A stretch of DNA of 64,000 nt from Selaginella moellendorffii (Eukaryota > Plantae > Lycopodiophyta). The notes under the pieces are model-generated. The model ran no database searches. It saw only the letters and a program-made list of their open reading frames with translations, and was not told the origin of the DNA. The position numbers and the translations under genes were made by a program. Shown here piece after piece: positions 45,814 to 59,573 of this stretch. Within the stretch, counting starts at the first letter, position 1. Each line of letters starts with the position of its first letter. The stretch lies in contig NW_003314416.1 of the NCBI RefSeq assembly GCF_000143415.4, forward strand, positions 129,332-193,331, read 5' to 3'.

Positions 45814-48800
45814 AAGGAAACCCTTATACTGTTCCCAAGATCCCAAAGTCGTTCCCTTACTGGCCCTTTTCCATCTACCACATTGCGCACAAGTTCACAC
45901 ATGAACTTTGAGTGGAGAGCCATGTCCTCTCGACATGCTACTCCTCGAGGATAGGTCCATACCTAGGACCTTCCAATTCCGATGCAAATGGTGATATACT
46001 TAGCCACCAATAAGAGTTGGACTAAGGAACAGCTCCGATACCAAGTTGTAAGCGACTAAATTTTTCCATTTTACTTTAGTCACTTAACTGCACCTCTGAC
46101 CACTTGGAGGAGTCTCATTCATAACCTCCATAAGTCCCAGTTAGGACTTGGGGCTTGCCAGCACTAAGAATGGCATTCATGCCACTCAACCTCTACAGTT
46201 GGTCCAAGTGCTCCACGTGTCCGATCCCATGACCGACACCCCAAGGTACCACCGACATATCAGCCTGTTACGCTAGGCCATGCCCATTCACCTTGGTCAC
46301 ACCGGTGGTCTAACGCCACCTGCATCATAATCCCGTCTCTCAAAGACTGGGCCATCCGTCCATGAGTGATCGTCCCAGATCCACTCCTTAGCATCTTTAG
46401 GATGCCCACCAACATGGGGAATAGCCTTCCCCAATATCTCTTTTCCAGTCCCCACCAAGTCCCTTTTCATCCATGGCCATGTTCGCCAACACTGCCACGG
46501 GATCAAGGCCCGCAGGCCCGACCGCTAAGTCCCACTATCCTTTAGGACATCCTCACCATGTGACCATATCCTTGGTCACTGCATTAGAGGCCTACTCCTC
46601 TTCCCTTTCACCGTTTGGGACTTTGGGACAACATTTCGGAACACCGTGGCCTTACGCAAGCCTCATGGGTACTCTCCCCGCCTTTCGCCTTTAGGTGCTC
46701 TAGCCATGGGCTTAGAGCGAGGTTCCATTGAGCCACGACAGGTATCCAAGTAGGTAGTGCCACCCACACTTGGACTGGGAGCATCGGCCAGTCGATCTCC
46801 TGGGGGAACTAGAGCCGGCTCTTGAACACTTCACCAAGCTACCCCGCTTGTCGGTCCGTGTTCACTCTAGTCTTGGACTTCCCAGTGGGCAGCTCATCAC
46901 CCAACACTGGGTCTGGCCTTCCTGGGCCAAACTGGCCTTTCCTGGCCAAACTGGCTCCACTGCAGTCCTCCCCCTACTATACTTTTGGAGCTCACCAAAC
47001 CCCCTAGGGTCTGGGAGACGAACGGGTCCATCTCGAGTCCATCTCAAACCCCATCTCGGACTCCATCTTGGGTCCATCTCGGACTCCATCTCGGACTCCA
47101 TCTCGGGTCCATCTCGGACTCCATCTCGGACTCCATCTCGGGTCCATCTCGGACTCCATCTCGGGTCCACCTCGGACTCCATCTCGGACTCCATTTCGGG
47201 TCCATCTCGAGTCCACCTCGGACTCCACCTTGGACTCCATCTCGGACTCCATTTCGGGTCCATCTCGGGTCCACCTCGGACTCCACCTTGGACTCCATCT
47301 CGGACTCCATCTCGGGTCCATCTCGGACTCAATCTCGGATCCATCACGGACTCCATCTCGGGTCCACCTCGGACTCCATCTTGGGGTCCTTCTCGAACTC
47401 CACTTCGGACTCCATCTCAGGGTCCTTCGCGGACTCCACTTCAGACTCCACTTCGGACTCCAACTCGGGTCCATCTCGGACACTTCCATGTGTCATGTGT
47501 TGGTCCTTTTGGGTCCCTTTTTGGAGCCTCGCTTATTGCTCGCTTCGTGCTCGTTCCTCGAGCACTTTGTTGGGAGTTCCACTCCCGCTCTCGACCTTTC
47601 AAGTCAGGGTTTTTAGTCCAAACGTGTTACGCTCGTTTGGTTTTCGCTTTGGCCACCACCACATGGCACCCTTCCGGCTCCACTTTGGGGCCTAGGGATT
47701 TTGTGTCTCACAACTCCACCACCCATAGACGAAGTTCAATGTCCTCATCAAAAGGTAAACCCTTTCATAAAGTAACACCCGCAGGTGTTACCATTTCCAT
47801 CCTTGGCACCCAGCCAATATCTGTCTATGGTTTGACACCAAAGGCTCACCATGCCTTGTCCATCCTCTAAGGAGCATAGCCTGTCCAACTTAGAGGCTCA
47901 TTTGACCACTTGTGGTGGTTCTCTCCTTTTATTGGTTTAGTTCTCACTAAACTTGTTAAAGACACCTTCTCTAACTCGATCTCACTACTCATTCTCAAGT
48001 GGTCAGCGCTATAACCCTTGCACTTTGGAACTTTTAATTCTGACTTCTCGAAGTCAATTTCCTAGGTGTCTCCGACACCTTGCATTGCACATATTGTGCA
48101 ACCCCACTTCCTCATCCTAGGAAGTTCTCCATTTGAGGGCACCATCATCCTCTGTTCAATTTCATGCCACCTTCTGCACTGAGACCCAATTATCATATTT
48201 TGTGCTAGGGCTGTCCACGGCCCTATCTTTTGGCTACTTTGCCGCTCCCTCACTTGGAGCTTTTACTTCGCCAAATTGGAGCACTTAAGAATCCATCCTT
48301 GGAAGTCCACTTCCTTTCCCACAAGCCGTTAGCATCAAACACATTAGTGTTCCTTGACTAACTTTGCCATTTGGATCCCTTCCATTAAATTCCATGGCCC
48401 AAACTTGGCCAATAGTCCTTTGCTCCTATCCTTGATTGTTGCACTCAGCAACACAGGATCGCTACCTCCATTTTTGAGGTATCCTTTCGGTTCCATAGCA
48501 AAGACTCTTCTTTGCCAAGTCCGGAGGATGTTCATTCCTAGTACGTCTCTTTAGCATCTTCTGCTATGGACTCTATCCATGGCCCAACTTCGTGACCCTT
48601 CCATGGGTCTCTTATAAAGACTACTTTCCTCGGATTCACTATGCCATCGCACGGACACAGTTTGTTTCCCTTATGTGCTCTTCCCATTTGATCACTTTGA
48701 CCAAGCCACACCATCTTAAATAGTTCAATCAACATTTTGAACCAGGAACTTCCTTCCTTAGCCAACCAAGGACCTTGTCCTTATTTGGCCATAAGATCAC

Positions 48801-51630
48801 CTAGTGATCTCACCTTGGCACCTTAACAGAGTTGCCAAGAGGTACTTGGTCTTCTAGACCTTCAAGTTGTTGACCATAACATCGGGGGCATCCCCCACAC
48901 TTGGCGGTGCACCCAAGCCAGCCCTTACGGCCAAGGGTCAATAGCAACTGAGATTAGGTGTCCGCATCTCACTCACCACGTCCTTGGTGCCACTTACACC
49001 AAAGCGTTCAAGTTAGATATGCCGAGCTTTCACACTAAGCAATCTAACCGTGCATCACGACTCCGAGGCATCCCTCGCTTGGCGGTGTGCCCAAACCAGT
49101 CTCCCCACTAAGAGTCTATGACCACCGAAATATGAGTGTCCTCATATTCCAAACCATCACCATGCCCTAGTGATTTGGGACTCGAACCTAAGCACTAGAG
49201 GGTCGGGACTCGAACCCAACCTCCGTATATGCATCTACGGACGGCATCACACAAGATGCTTGGCGTGACTCCCCACGCTGGTGCACCAACTTATATTTAA
49301 AGCGCGCTACAGATCACAGCTTAGGAACCTAGTTCCTCCACACTGCCAAGTCCTCTCACTTGACATGTCTGTGATCATGCATGGACTCCTCCATGCTTGG
49401 CCCCATGGGCCACCCTTTTTGAAGTTAGCTAAACATGTATGTACATTACCCCAATCCCAAAGGGATCAAAACAACATTGAGAGCGCACTCTCGAAGAAAC
49501 TAGTGAAACTATGAGCGCGAACGCCCGGCGCTGCTCTTGGGCCGTCCGCCTCCCAGGTGACTCCACCGCGGAGCTTGAAGCCACCTGCTTCGCCTTGCCA
49601 CTCCTCCACTCGGTCACAATGATGACAAGCCAGACGAACACCATGTCGATCTAGCTCGATGTCGTCGCAGCCAAGTGGTCCAACTCGACCACGATGACCC
49701 GGCGTTGCTCATGGGTCACTCGCCTCCAAGGTGACTCCACTGCACAAGCTGAAGCCACCTGTTACGCCCCAAGACGTGATGCTGTGTCTTGGAGCGCCTA
49801 CCTCCCCAGTGTACTTCCAGCACTAAGTCGGTGCCCATTGCGAACAAACTCCAAGGCGTAGAACAAGCGAGGTGTGAGCCTCCTCCAGCACTAGACTAGA
49901 GCGTGCTACCTTGCCTCCCACACTAGACAAGTGCGCTGGCCCCCTTCAATGATATACGAGCCCCCGTTGCCGGCATCGCGACAATCACAAGACTTGCAAG
50001 CCTCCGCAAACCTCCTCAAAGGACTAGCCCTGAAGCAAGAACCATGTGGGATCCCCTCCGCGAGCAAACCAACTCGGCCATCCGCCACTGGTCCCCTTTG
50101 TGACAGCACTTCCCTGTCACTAGATCCAAAAATGCGCCCATAGTGTCTTCCACGTCCATCCACCGCGGACACTTCGCTATGTCGAGATGTCGTCCCGAAC
50201 TGTCCTCCACCAGTCAACAAAGATCCCATGACTTGGTCGTGTTTCCACGACTCAAGTCGCCAAGAACCTCCGACACATGCAGCTTCACACTCTCCGTACC
50301 TTAGTCGCCACCTTGCATGGCCCGACCTAAGGTGAGAAGTCCCGCTCGAAGCTGCGAGACCAGCAACCGTCGCGTTTCCACCATGTTGCTGCCGTGCCAA
50401 CCACATGCAGCGAAGATCCCTGACACTTAGAGTGGCCGGATCGAAGATCCCGCCGCCACCCTAAGTCCTGCCCTAACCGCAGTTAGCCAAGAACCCTAAC
50501 CCTAGCCACGAATTAGGGCAGGTGAGAACTCTGAGACCGTGAAGAATTTTTGCCTGCGCTTCTGGGAGGGTGTGAGGCTCCCTCCCAGCTATCCCCCTGT
50601 GAATTTTTGTGGAAAAATTCCAAGCCGTTCAGGAGTTATGAGCTCCCAAAAAACTTGAAACCATGAGAAGCGAAAAAAGAAGAGGAGGAGAGGAGAGCGT
50701 CCAGCTGCTGCAGCCGTGGTGTTCCTGACTGCCCTCTCCACTCCTCCAAATCTCTAAGCCCCGAAAAACCCTAGCCGCCGCCGAAGAACCCTAAAAACAG
50801 CAGCGACCTAGGGCCAGCGAGATCTCCAGATCCGTGGCAGATCTCGCCGCGGCCTTCTAGGAGGATGAGAATCTACACTCCTAGAAGCCCCCCGTCGAAG
50901 GAATCGAGGTTTCTCCCAGCCGTTTGGGAGATATCGATAAAAACGACAGAGAGCGAGAGAGAAGAGGAGAAAGAGGAGGGAGACGAGCTCCGTGTGTTGC
51001 TGCTGCGGTCTGCGATGCTTGTGCCGCCCTGGACGCTCGCTCCCTCCCTCTTTCTCACACTCTCTCTCTAGCACCTTCGAGCTCTCTCCTCAAACAACTT
51101 AGGGCTTTACCCTTTTTGAAGTTAGCACCTTCAACTAGGGTATTTGTTCCCCTCGACTTGCCAATCTCACTTAGCAAGTCAGCTGGCCACTGTAACATGG
51201 TTCGTGCATAAGCGTGAAAGTCCTCAATCATTGACTTTCGTTCAAAGCCCTCTCTTTGAACACTCGGGAACTACTTCCCCAACCTTGATAGCCTCGCCTC
51301 ATGGCAAGTTTCAAGACCACGCTTCTGCTGCGCCACTCTAATTTCGCGTGTTCTATGAACCATTTACACTTGGCTTTCTAGGTATCCAGCTAAAACCTAG
51401 AATTGTCTTTGGGAACCTTTCGAAGGAACTCTGTCCCTTTAGCTTGCTAAGGTCTCTCCTTTTGCAAGCTTTCCAATTGCCATATAGTTTAACATAGATA
51501 ATTCCACATTTTAGACTTTTCATGGCATTAAGGTTGCTAGTAACAACACCCTCGAGCACCCTTTTGATTCTCCACTCCCAACTTGCATAACCACTATTGG
51601 TTATGCCTTTCGATTTCTATGGTTCAGTTC
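45814..51630 (-). mobile_element. LTR element of the 8632-15192 family: internal region, LTR (46047-47712), PBS, start of another internal region
   Basis: The LTR has a PPT on one side (47713-47726) and PBS TGGTATCGGAGC on the other (46032-46043). The internal region is homologous to 10136-12340. Confidence 0.9.
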
Positions 51631-51649
51631 CATCCCACAATTGGATGAG

Positions 51650-52647
51650 AACTTACTTAGAATACTTTTGTGTTTTAATCTAAGATTTATTCATTGATAA
51701 TTAAGTTTTTAAGATATCATTATTTATGACTTTGATAATGTCCATTTATTGATCTTTAAGTTTGGGCTAGTATAAGTAGACTGGCTTCGGCACTTTGAGT
51801 GCATGGTGAAATCTTTAGTTATAGGGTAGCTACTGTCGACTGGCCACATAACCCGCCTCTTTACTGATGTTCCTTATTCCGTTGAAAGGGTGTGACCATG
51901 TAAACAACTCTAACTGTCTGTTTACTATAGTCTATCTAAACCTTACTAACGGGTTTCTTTGCTCAGGAGGGTTGGGGCCTCTGGCTTCTCTCTCTATGTC
52001 CCTACAGGCAAGGGCATATCACACTTTTGAAAGCTGGGTGACACCCAGAGCAGCAAGGGTGGCTCACACCGTTGGTCATTTCTTTGTCGGCAACAGCTAA
52101 AAGGTGTCTGAGTTGGTAGCGCATCCACGTTAGACAAAGAGGTTGCCTCCTAACTCATTTAAGTTGGTGCATTTCTCACATAGTGTGATCACTGTGAACT
52201 TTTTCTAGAGTTGTTTCCTTGGTAGTGGTCTAGACTCGAGTATGCATTGACGAGGACGTTGATCTTCCCTAGGGGGGGAGAGTGTTGCAAATATGACTTT
52301 GGGTGTCGAAAGTTACATGTCAGCCAATCCTTACAGACACTGTTTCCTTATTGCCACGATGGCAAAAGGTCGGTATTGCTAGACCCTATCAACCCCTCTT
52401 ATTGAAGTGTTAGTAAAACTAGACTTTGCATCCGTACTTGGCCAAACAAGCATAAGGAAGGAATTCCTAAGTATCTATTTAGCTAAGCATACTTGGCCCG
52501 GCTTGTTAGTTCTTTTTTGCTCTTTTTTGCACTGGCTTGACAAGAACCCTCGAGTATTGAGACTAATCCCTCAATATTGCTATATGATAGCTTACCGTGT
52601 CAGCCAAACACCCTCACTATCATGACTTTTGTGTTAGTCTTATTTCG
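51650..52647 (+). mobile_element. 3' internal region, PPT and 5' part of an LTR (family of 38614-39792)
   Basis: PPT AGGGGGGGAGAG at 52271-52282, then TGTTG. Homologous to 38614-38978. Confidence 0.8.
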
Positions 52648-52649
52648 AT

Positions 52650-53502
52650 GAAATGTGTATGTACATTCCCCAATGTCCCATAGGGACTAATAGAATAACC
52701 AAGCATGCTGCCCGAAGCTCATGCTACCTAGTGGAGATCTCCCTCATCTAAAGTGAGACTAGGCCTGCAGTAGAAGCGGCTGTGGTCACCTCCGTCGTAT
52801 CGTGTCCAGATCCAAGTCCCCCCTTCATGCTGACCACAGAATTGACTCCGGGGGGCACCATCTCCAATGAACCTTATTGTGGTCTCCTTCACCAAAACAT
52901 GGCAGCCATGCTTTCTGCCACTCCTCGAGCCTCTCAAGCTTCCCCCCTATCTCGGAGGATAGCATGGTGAAGCCGTACTGCTGCCAGTGTAAGTCTCCAC
53001 CACTCTACCAGTACCTGTGATACTCTGACCTGTGTCCTGTCGAAGTGCGCCCGGTTACGTGCTTCCCAAAGGGCCTGGACTCCCATCTCACGCAATATCA
53101 CCCATCAAGCGCCTCCCACATGGGGACTCCTATCTCCGCCCCAGTCGCATCCCAGCGGAGCTGAATCCTCCAGCCGTGTCATCCCCTGCACCTGATGTGT
53201 CGCAGGGCTGGGCCCTGGGCAGGACCCCTCGCTCCCTCGAACCAGTGGAGCACGTCCCCATTGCAGGCCTCAAAATGCTATGTAACACCCAGCTCCTTCC
53301 TTGCCTTAATGATCTAGTGCCACACTTCCTTTGCAATGTCACACTCCCATAGCACATGCTTGACTGTCTCAATTTCGCCACACTATCTGCACCTGCGACT
53401 TGCATCATCCTGGAATCGCTGTCCAACTGGGAGCCTGGTGTTCACTACCAACCATGAGGTGACTTTCACTTTTTTCTGCATGGGCAGCTTCCAAAAGTGA
53501 AT
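52650..53502 (-). mobile_element. LINE (L1-like) 3' end with zf-RVT zinc knuckle
   Basis: FWKLPMQKKVKVTSWLVVNTRLPVG...RCR*CGEIETVKHVLWEC...VW is a typical CCHC of L1 ORF2. Confidence 0.8.
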
Positions 53503-53944
53503 AAGCTCTATTTCGTTAAAGTGGGAATTGTCATTATCCCACTTGTAAAATAAGGTTTCCAAATCTTTATATAGTATATAAATATAACAAAATTCAACTG
53601 CATTGAGGCACATGCCATTTTATTTTAAACAAGGAAATGTCTACTCAATCACTTCTCCTCCCCCTGCCACTGCTTCACCTCTCTCTTCTCCTTGTCATCG
53701 TCGTCCAATTTCTTTCCATCCTTTTAATATTGGCTCAGTTGCTCCGAGTCTAGGTGGAGCCCAAGTCCCCATTCAATCTTTACTTTCCCCTTATTAATAA
53801 AACAACTTCGTAGACTTCCAATAACATGCTGTAACACTTCTAGTATAATGCAAATCCTCTCAAAGAATTGTCTTTTAATATTAATACAATGGCATGGAAC
53901 CCCATGCCATAATAAGTTACATTTTTAAATAAATACATGCCATC

Positions 53945-56900
53945 TCAGACTGTTATTTTTTGCCTCCAACGCCTATACAATAATCTTGGAATTTCATCAC
54001 TCTCCACACTATCAGGATTTAAACCCAATAGTAATGCCATCTCTTCTCTAATACGTCCACGCTCATGTTCAGTGGTCGAAGAACCCATCCGGTTGAGCAG
54101 ATTATGGAGATGCGGATAGTGCTTGGCTAGACAATATACATGCCATAAATGATGACTGGTGTCTGTCTGATCAAATGGCTTCTGATATACCGTTCCATCT
54201 GCCATTTGGTTGATTTCTGCAGCCACCTCCTGGACTGGCCGGTTCTCTATCACCATCGCTTCAAGCCGTTTTGCAAGGTCCCCCAGAACATACGGTTTCT
54301 TCTCCCTAGTTTCCATACTGCAAGAGATGGGGTGCACTGCATATGTGTGCATGTTCGCTGCAGTTTTAATCGGCGAGTCATCGATGATGAGGATTTCACT
54401 TGACCTAGCAGTCTGGTTCATCACTACAGCCTCTGCCTTGACGAAGATGGGCTTGCTACCCCTCACATGGACCATAGTCAAGCAATCCTCCTGCGTTAGG
54501 AGAAAGTCAAATGGTAATATTACTCGCGTCTGATCGTGCATCATCTGTAGCAACGTTAATGCATTGTGGCGCATCATGGATGTCCAAACTCCCAATTGCA
54601 ATTTGAACCCGGCCCTCTGTTTTAAGTGTCGCATGGTCATTATTAGATCCCGCAGTTTCTCCCGTGTGATTAATGTGAATCTGTCTCTTTTGACCAACTT
54701 GCGACCGCAGGCTTTGGAGGGTGGAGTGACATTCGAGGACGAGCCACGCTCATGGGAGAAAAGGACACCGTTCAGATCAAAAACGATACAGTACTTTCGC
54801 CGTGACTCTGAAATGAAATGCGTCAGCATAAAAAATGGTACAAGTCAATTTTACCATCTACAATATTAGCGAATGGTGCTCCCGATGGTCGTTGAGAGGG
54901 TTTTGGTCGAGGAAACGTGAAGGGCGGAAATACTCTCCTCTGCAATGTGGGGTCAATCGCATCCGATGGCGTGTGGGCACATGCCATTTCAGCTGTAGAC
55001 TCTGGTACAACTGGCTCAACAGTGGCATGGGGTGGTTCCGATGGCGTGTGATCACACGCCATTTCAACTGGTGCCTCCGTTGGCAAAGTGGACATGACCG
55101 AACAGGCAGCAGGGGTGGTGTAGGGAGGTTCCAACGGCGCGTAGTCAGACGATTGGGCACACGTTGAGTCCGTTGGAAATGAGGATACGACCGGCTCGGC
55201 GGCTGGGGCGGCCTCATGCGGGTCCAATGGCGCCTGGTCACCGTCAGTTGGATACGTGGACAAGATTGACTCAGTGGTATGGGCAGCATTAAGTGGAGCG
55301 TGGTCAGCTTGCTTGGCGTTGATATGGATAGTAGCCTCCACCAGCTCTGATGACTCTTGCAGGCAAGTAGAGTCCACTAGCGGATCCATATGCATGTCCA
55401 AATATCTCCCTTCGATTGAGATGGTATCCTCCCGTGCTACTAAAAACAAACTCATTAGCACATTGAATCGACTATACTGTATTTACCATCAACTGCTATT
55501 GAGGAACTAGGACCGATATCACTTGGGCGCACTGCTGATTCTGAAGGATTGGACATACGTTTCGACCCTTGCTTGGCACTATCCTTCCTCGACACTAAAG
55601 GCTAGAGTTTGTATCTTAATTCAACTGAATAATCTCTACTTACCATTTCTTCTGCGACCTACATGGACAATGTTAGAAATGGTAAAAGGTTAGGAATGGA
55701 TGTACTATTATTTACCTGATGGTTTGTCTTGTATGACCTTCCTCCGCTACTCTTTGGCCACCTCAGGCTGGCCATCGTCGTCATCATCGTCATCGTCGTT
55801 ATTGTGATCGTCACCATTGTGAGGACCATCCAAGTCCTCTTCGTCCTCCTCTTCTTCATCCTCCTCTTCTTCATCCTCCTCTTCTTCATCCTCCTCTTCT
55901 TTGTCCTCCTCTTCGTCCTTCTGCTCTTCCTGCTCATTATCTTTCTCTGGCTCCTCATCCCCCTCTTGCATTTCTTCCATAGGCTGCTCAGGCTGGATTG
56001 CTTGTTTTTCCAGGACCATCTTGGAAAAATCATCTGGCCGAGTCTCCATCTCAAAATACAAGACATCCATAGCCTGTTTTAGTGCGTGACCTAGGACCGT
56101 ATCCTCACCCGACTGTCTTAACATGGTTTCTGCACGTTCTTGCACCCTTCGAAGACGACGAGATGAGAAAAACGTGGCCCTGACTTGAAAAGCATCCCTC
56201 ATCCATTGTACCTCTCCATTGAGATTGGGGAAGGGGAGTCCGCCATAAGAATCTAAGTCAGAAGGTGGTGACTGGCTCCTTTCACTCAGCCCTTGATCTG
56301 CAATGAATGGCATGAGCACACACGCCATAACCGTGAGGCATTACCTATCATCTTTTCGTTGCCCTTCTTCCTTTTCGAATCTAACGCCTCTGATCCCGAC
56401 GACTGTCCAACGTGCTTTCGCTTTTTATGACCACTGTCAGTTTGAGCTTGGCTGGTGCTTGCCTGTTTTGCCTTTGAAGAAGTGTCTCCTGCAAGGAATG
56501 GCATGAGACCACACGCCATTGCAAATATAATTTGTACCTCCTTTTTTCCTATTGCTTGTCTGTTTGTCCTTCTTCGACGCGCCACCAGTGCGCTTTTCAG
56601 TCCTCGTGTCTGAATATTCACAACGATCTATAATCAAAATGGCGTGAGGCCTCACGTGACCTTACCTTGTGCAGGTTGTGACCTCGGCCTAACATCAGTA
56701 GCTGTTAACGCCGTTTCAGCATCTGGGGGTGGCCACGCTCCTGCATACAGAGCTTGTGAGATAACATTTAAACTTAAAGTGCGTACTCACCAGGTTCGTA
56801 GAGAAGATACTGTTTTTCTTTGGCAACTGTAATTATATGCTCCATTGAAGTCACCTCTTCAATGGAGTTTGTCACCGCAACACACGGGACACCCTTGAGT

Positions 56901-59573
56901 AGTGCGGCTCGAAAGAATAGTCCGCCGCAGTTGTACTCGACAACGCATTTGCCCTTGGAGTCACCCGCTATTGCGTTGAAGACCCAGCTGAGCATTTCCC
57001 ATGCTGCACCTGGAGCTTTCTTTGGATTCGAAAGCTCCATAGCCGTCTTCAGTTCCTCAGGCACGGGTAAATTGACCTCCCTCAGATCAATTCGATCGGC
57101 CTTGTCGAACGAAGCTGGGAAGTCACTCCAGTCCCACCTGCTGCAGGACCAATAACAAGGGCGAGTGTGAAGATGCGGACATTCGTCGGTATCTTCTTCT
57201 TAGCCATTATACCATGGATCTCCCGCATCTCCTTGCCTTTCAACCGAGCCTTCACCTCGTTCAAGGCCTTCCAGAACTTGTGATAGGATTCGGAGTCGTA
57301 GATCATATAGTGGACTGAAGATTCCACCTCCGCAAGTCCCACCATTAAGTCAATGATGGAGCTGACTTCGTCTGCATGAGTGATCTCCTCGTTTGTGAAG
57401 TCCATCACACAAAAGATGTTCTTGACCTGCTCATCTCCGCGGGAAACGATGCTCCTCCACCTTTGATCCTCATCCGAATTCACGTATACCCGGTAAGGTT
57501 CTCGATAGGCCTCTGCTGCGGGGTCGAGCTGTTTCTGAAGCCGGCGGTCGACATCCCTCTTAATGAAATTTGGATACTGATCCAACTTCTCAGCTTTACT
57601 TTTCGTGGCATCCCGCAGCAGATCGATGAACTTGGGGGCCCCCTTCACGTACTTGTCGATGTCTTCATTTGACAACTCCAGCTCTTCCATCATCTCTTGC
57701 GTGGTGTCGATGCTCACCCTCGCCACGGCCACTTGCTCGAAGATCCAATCCTTCAATAGCGCACGAGCTCTCAGAGTCGTGCACAAGTCCTCGTATGTCA
57801 CAATATGGCCGGGAGTCATTTTGGTCTTGTTGAAGACTACCTCACCACGTAGAAGAGCATTAGCCACTGTCAGAAGGTCGTCGTCGTCTAGAGACCGCGA
57901 GAAACGCAAGGCGTTGAGCTTCAAATCATTGGGCTTCCGGCCGTCCTCCACACCCATTGAGTTTAGCAACTCCCCGTCATGGTACCTCCTTAGCACATCT
58001 ACCCATTTGTCAAAAACAACTTTTGTCGCGAGTAGAATGTTATGGATGCTGAGTGTGTCATTGACCCCCAGTGTTTTCGAGAGAAGACTCGAGAATTCCT
58101 GCAATGGAAATGGCATGAGGCCACATGCTATGCCACATGCAACGAGGCTTACCTGCCAGGCGCTAGTTGCTAGTGCACGTCCTTGTCCTGGTTTTTGTGG
58201 CTTCTTCAGTTGAACCCAGAGCTTCCGTGTTCGTGCCAATGTCTCGTGCAGACCCGATTTGTAGCACGTTTCTTGCTTGACATTCTGCGCGTGGGAGATG
58301 TATATGATAGATCGGAGGGGCGAGTTGCCTTTTATCAGGCGGACAACTCTTGTCTTGAAGACTTTCTTCACCTCCTCGCCCACCATAATATCCACAACTA
58401 TCTGTTGCATCGCCAAGCTAGAATGCTGCCCGGAGACGGCATAGAACCGGACGTTCTGATCGTCCAACACCTTCCTATTGATCAAGTCTGGAAACCTCGT
58501 CTCGCCCTTCATTGTTCGGTAGTAGGGGATCACGTCTGCGATGTCGGGTGTTACTGGACTTGCCAGCATCTTCTGCTTCAGTTTCTCCACCCACTCATCA
58601 GATACTAGACTGTGGTTGTATTTGCTTTGGATCTCGATACGGCTCACGTCGATTGTATATACTTTGTTGGAATAGTAACAAGTACTATTATCTGCGACGA
58701 TTTTTGCTGCCTCTTCTTGCTCTTTCTGCTCTTTGCGGCTCTTCTTTTTGGTGGGTGTAGTGTTCGAACCCGAGGCAATGGCATCACCGAATAGCTTCTT
58801 TTTTGGAGTAGCAGAGTCGGACATCGGCTTGAGCTTGACCACCCTTTTCTGCTTCGGGGTAGTTTCCAGATCGACCCCCTTCCCTTTCGCTTCGCAAACT
58901 GGAGGCACTCTCAACGGCTCAATGTTGGAATATAGTTTTTGAACATCGCCGTAGGTGAGGTCCGTGGATTCCATGTGATCTTCATAGACCCGCAGCGTCT
59001 TTGAAATTGTGGGCCTCCTGGACAACCTCTCCCTAGCTCCCTCTAGGAATTCCTCATAGCCGCTGCCCCCCTCCGGGAAGCCGCTAGGATGTGCAAGGTG
59101 GATCTTGAAGGCGGACGCTGTCTCTACCACAAGTGCCAGTCCATATTCTTGCATGGAACTGCATGGAGTGTCTGTCACTTGGATGAGGATCCCCATGCAT
59201 TCTTTTCTCCCACCATCTGTGTTGTACAGCATCAGATCCTCGCCTTCCATCCCGAAAGTCCAACTGGTGAGCTCCTCCCCCTTCTCTGCATCCACATTGA
59301 CAGTGGCGGGAAGAAGAACGCAATTCCTCGCCTGTTCAGAAATGCACAACAATTAGAGCTGACAGATGAAAAGCTAGCAGCTGGAAATAACGTGAGGCCA
59401 CACGCCATTCACCACTGCATCAGATGTCTTGAGGCTGCATCCTAAGATGGCGTGAGGCTACACGCCATCTGTAACCAGACTGCACTCGAGAGCCCAATCG
59501 GTGCATGCCAATGTTGCTACTGAATGGCATGTGGCCTCATACCATTTTCTACTTGGTCTAAAAGACTTACCAT
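53945..59573 (-). pseudogene. Cargo gene, copy B (intact DLNGVL phosphatase exon; frameshift near 57137, nonsense at 55747)
   Basis: Same exons as A. 1-nt deletion (GCAGCAG-GTGG vs GCAGCAGAGTGG) and CAG->TAG at 55747-55749. Confidence 0.8.

Noticed and set aside
47025-47480. Regular short repeats resembling a CRISPR array, and long repeat-peptide ORFs (GLHL/SRTP/SISD)
   Set aside because: This is a 12-bp minisatellite without unique spacers inside an LTR. The ORFs are stop-free by-products, as at 9405-10118, 14678-15175 and 43945-44423.
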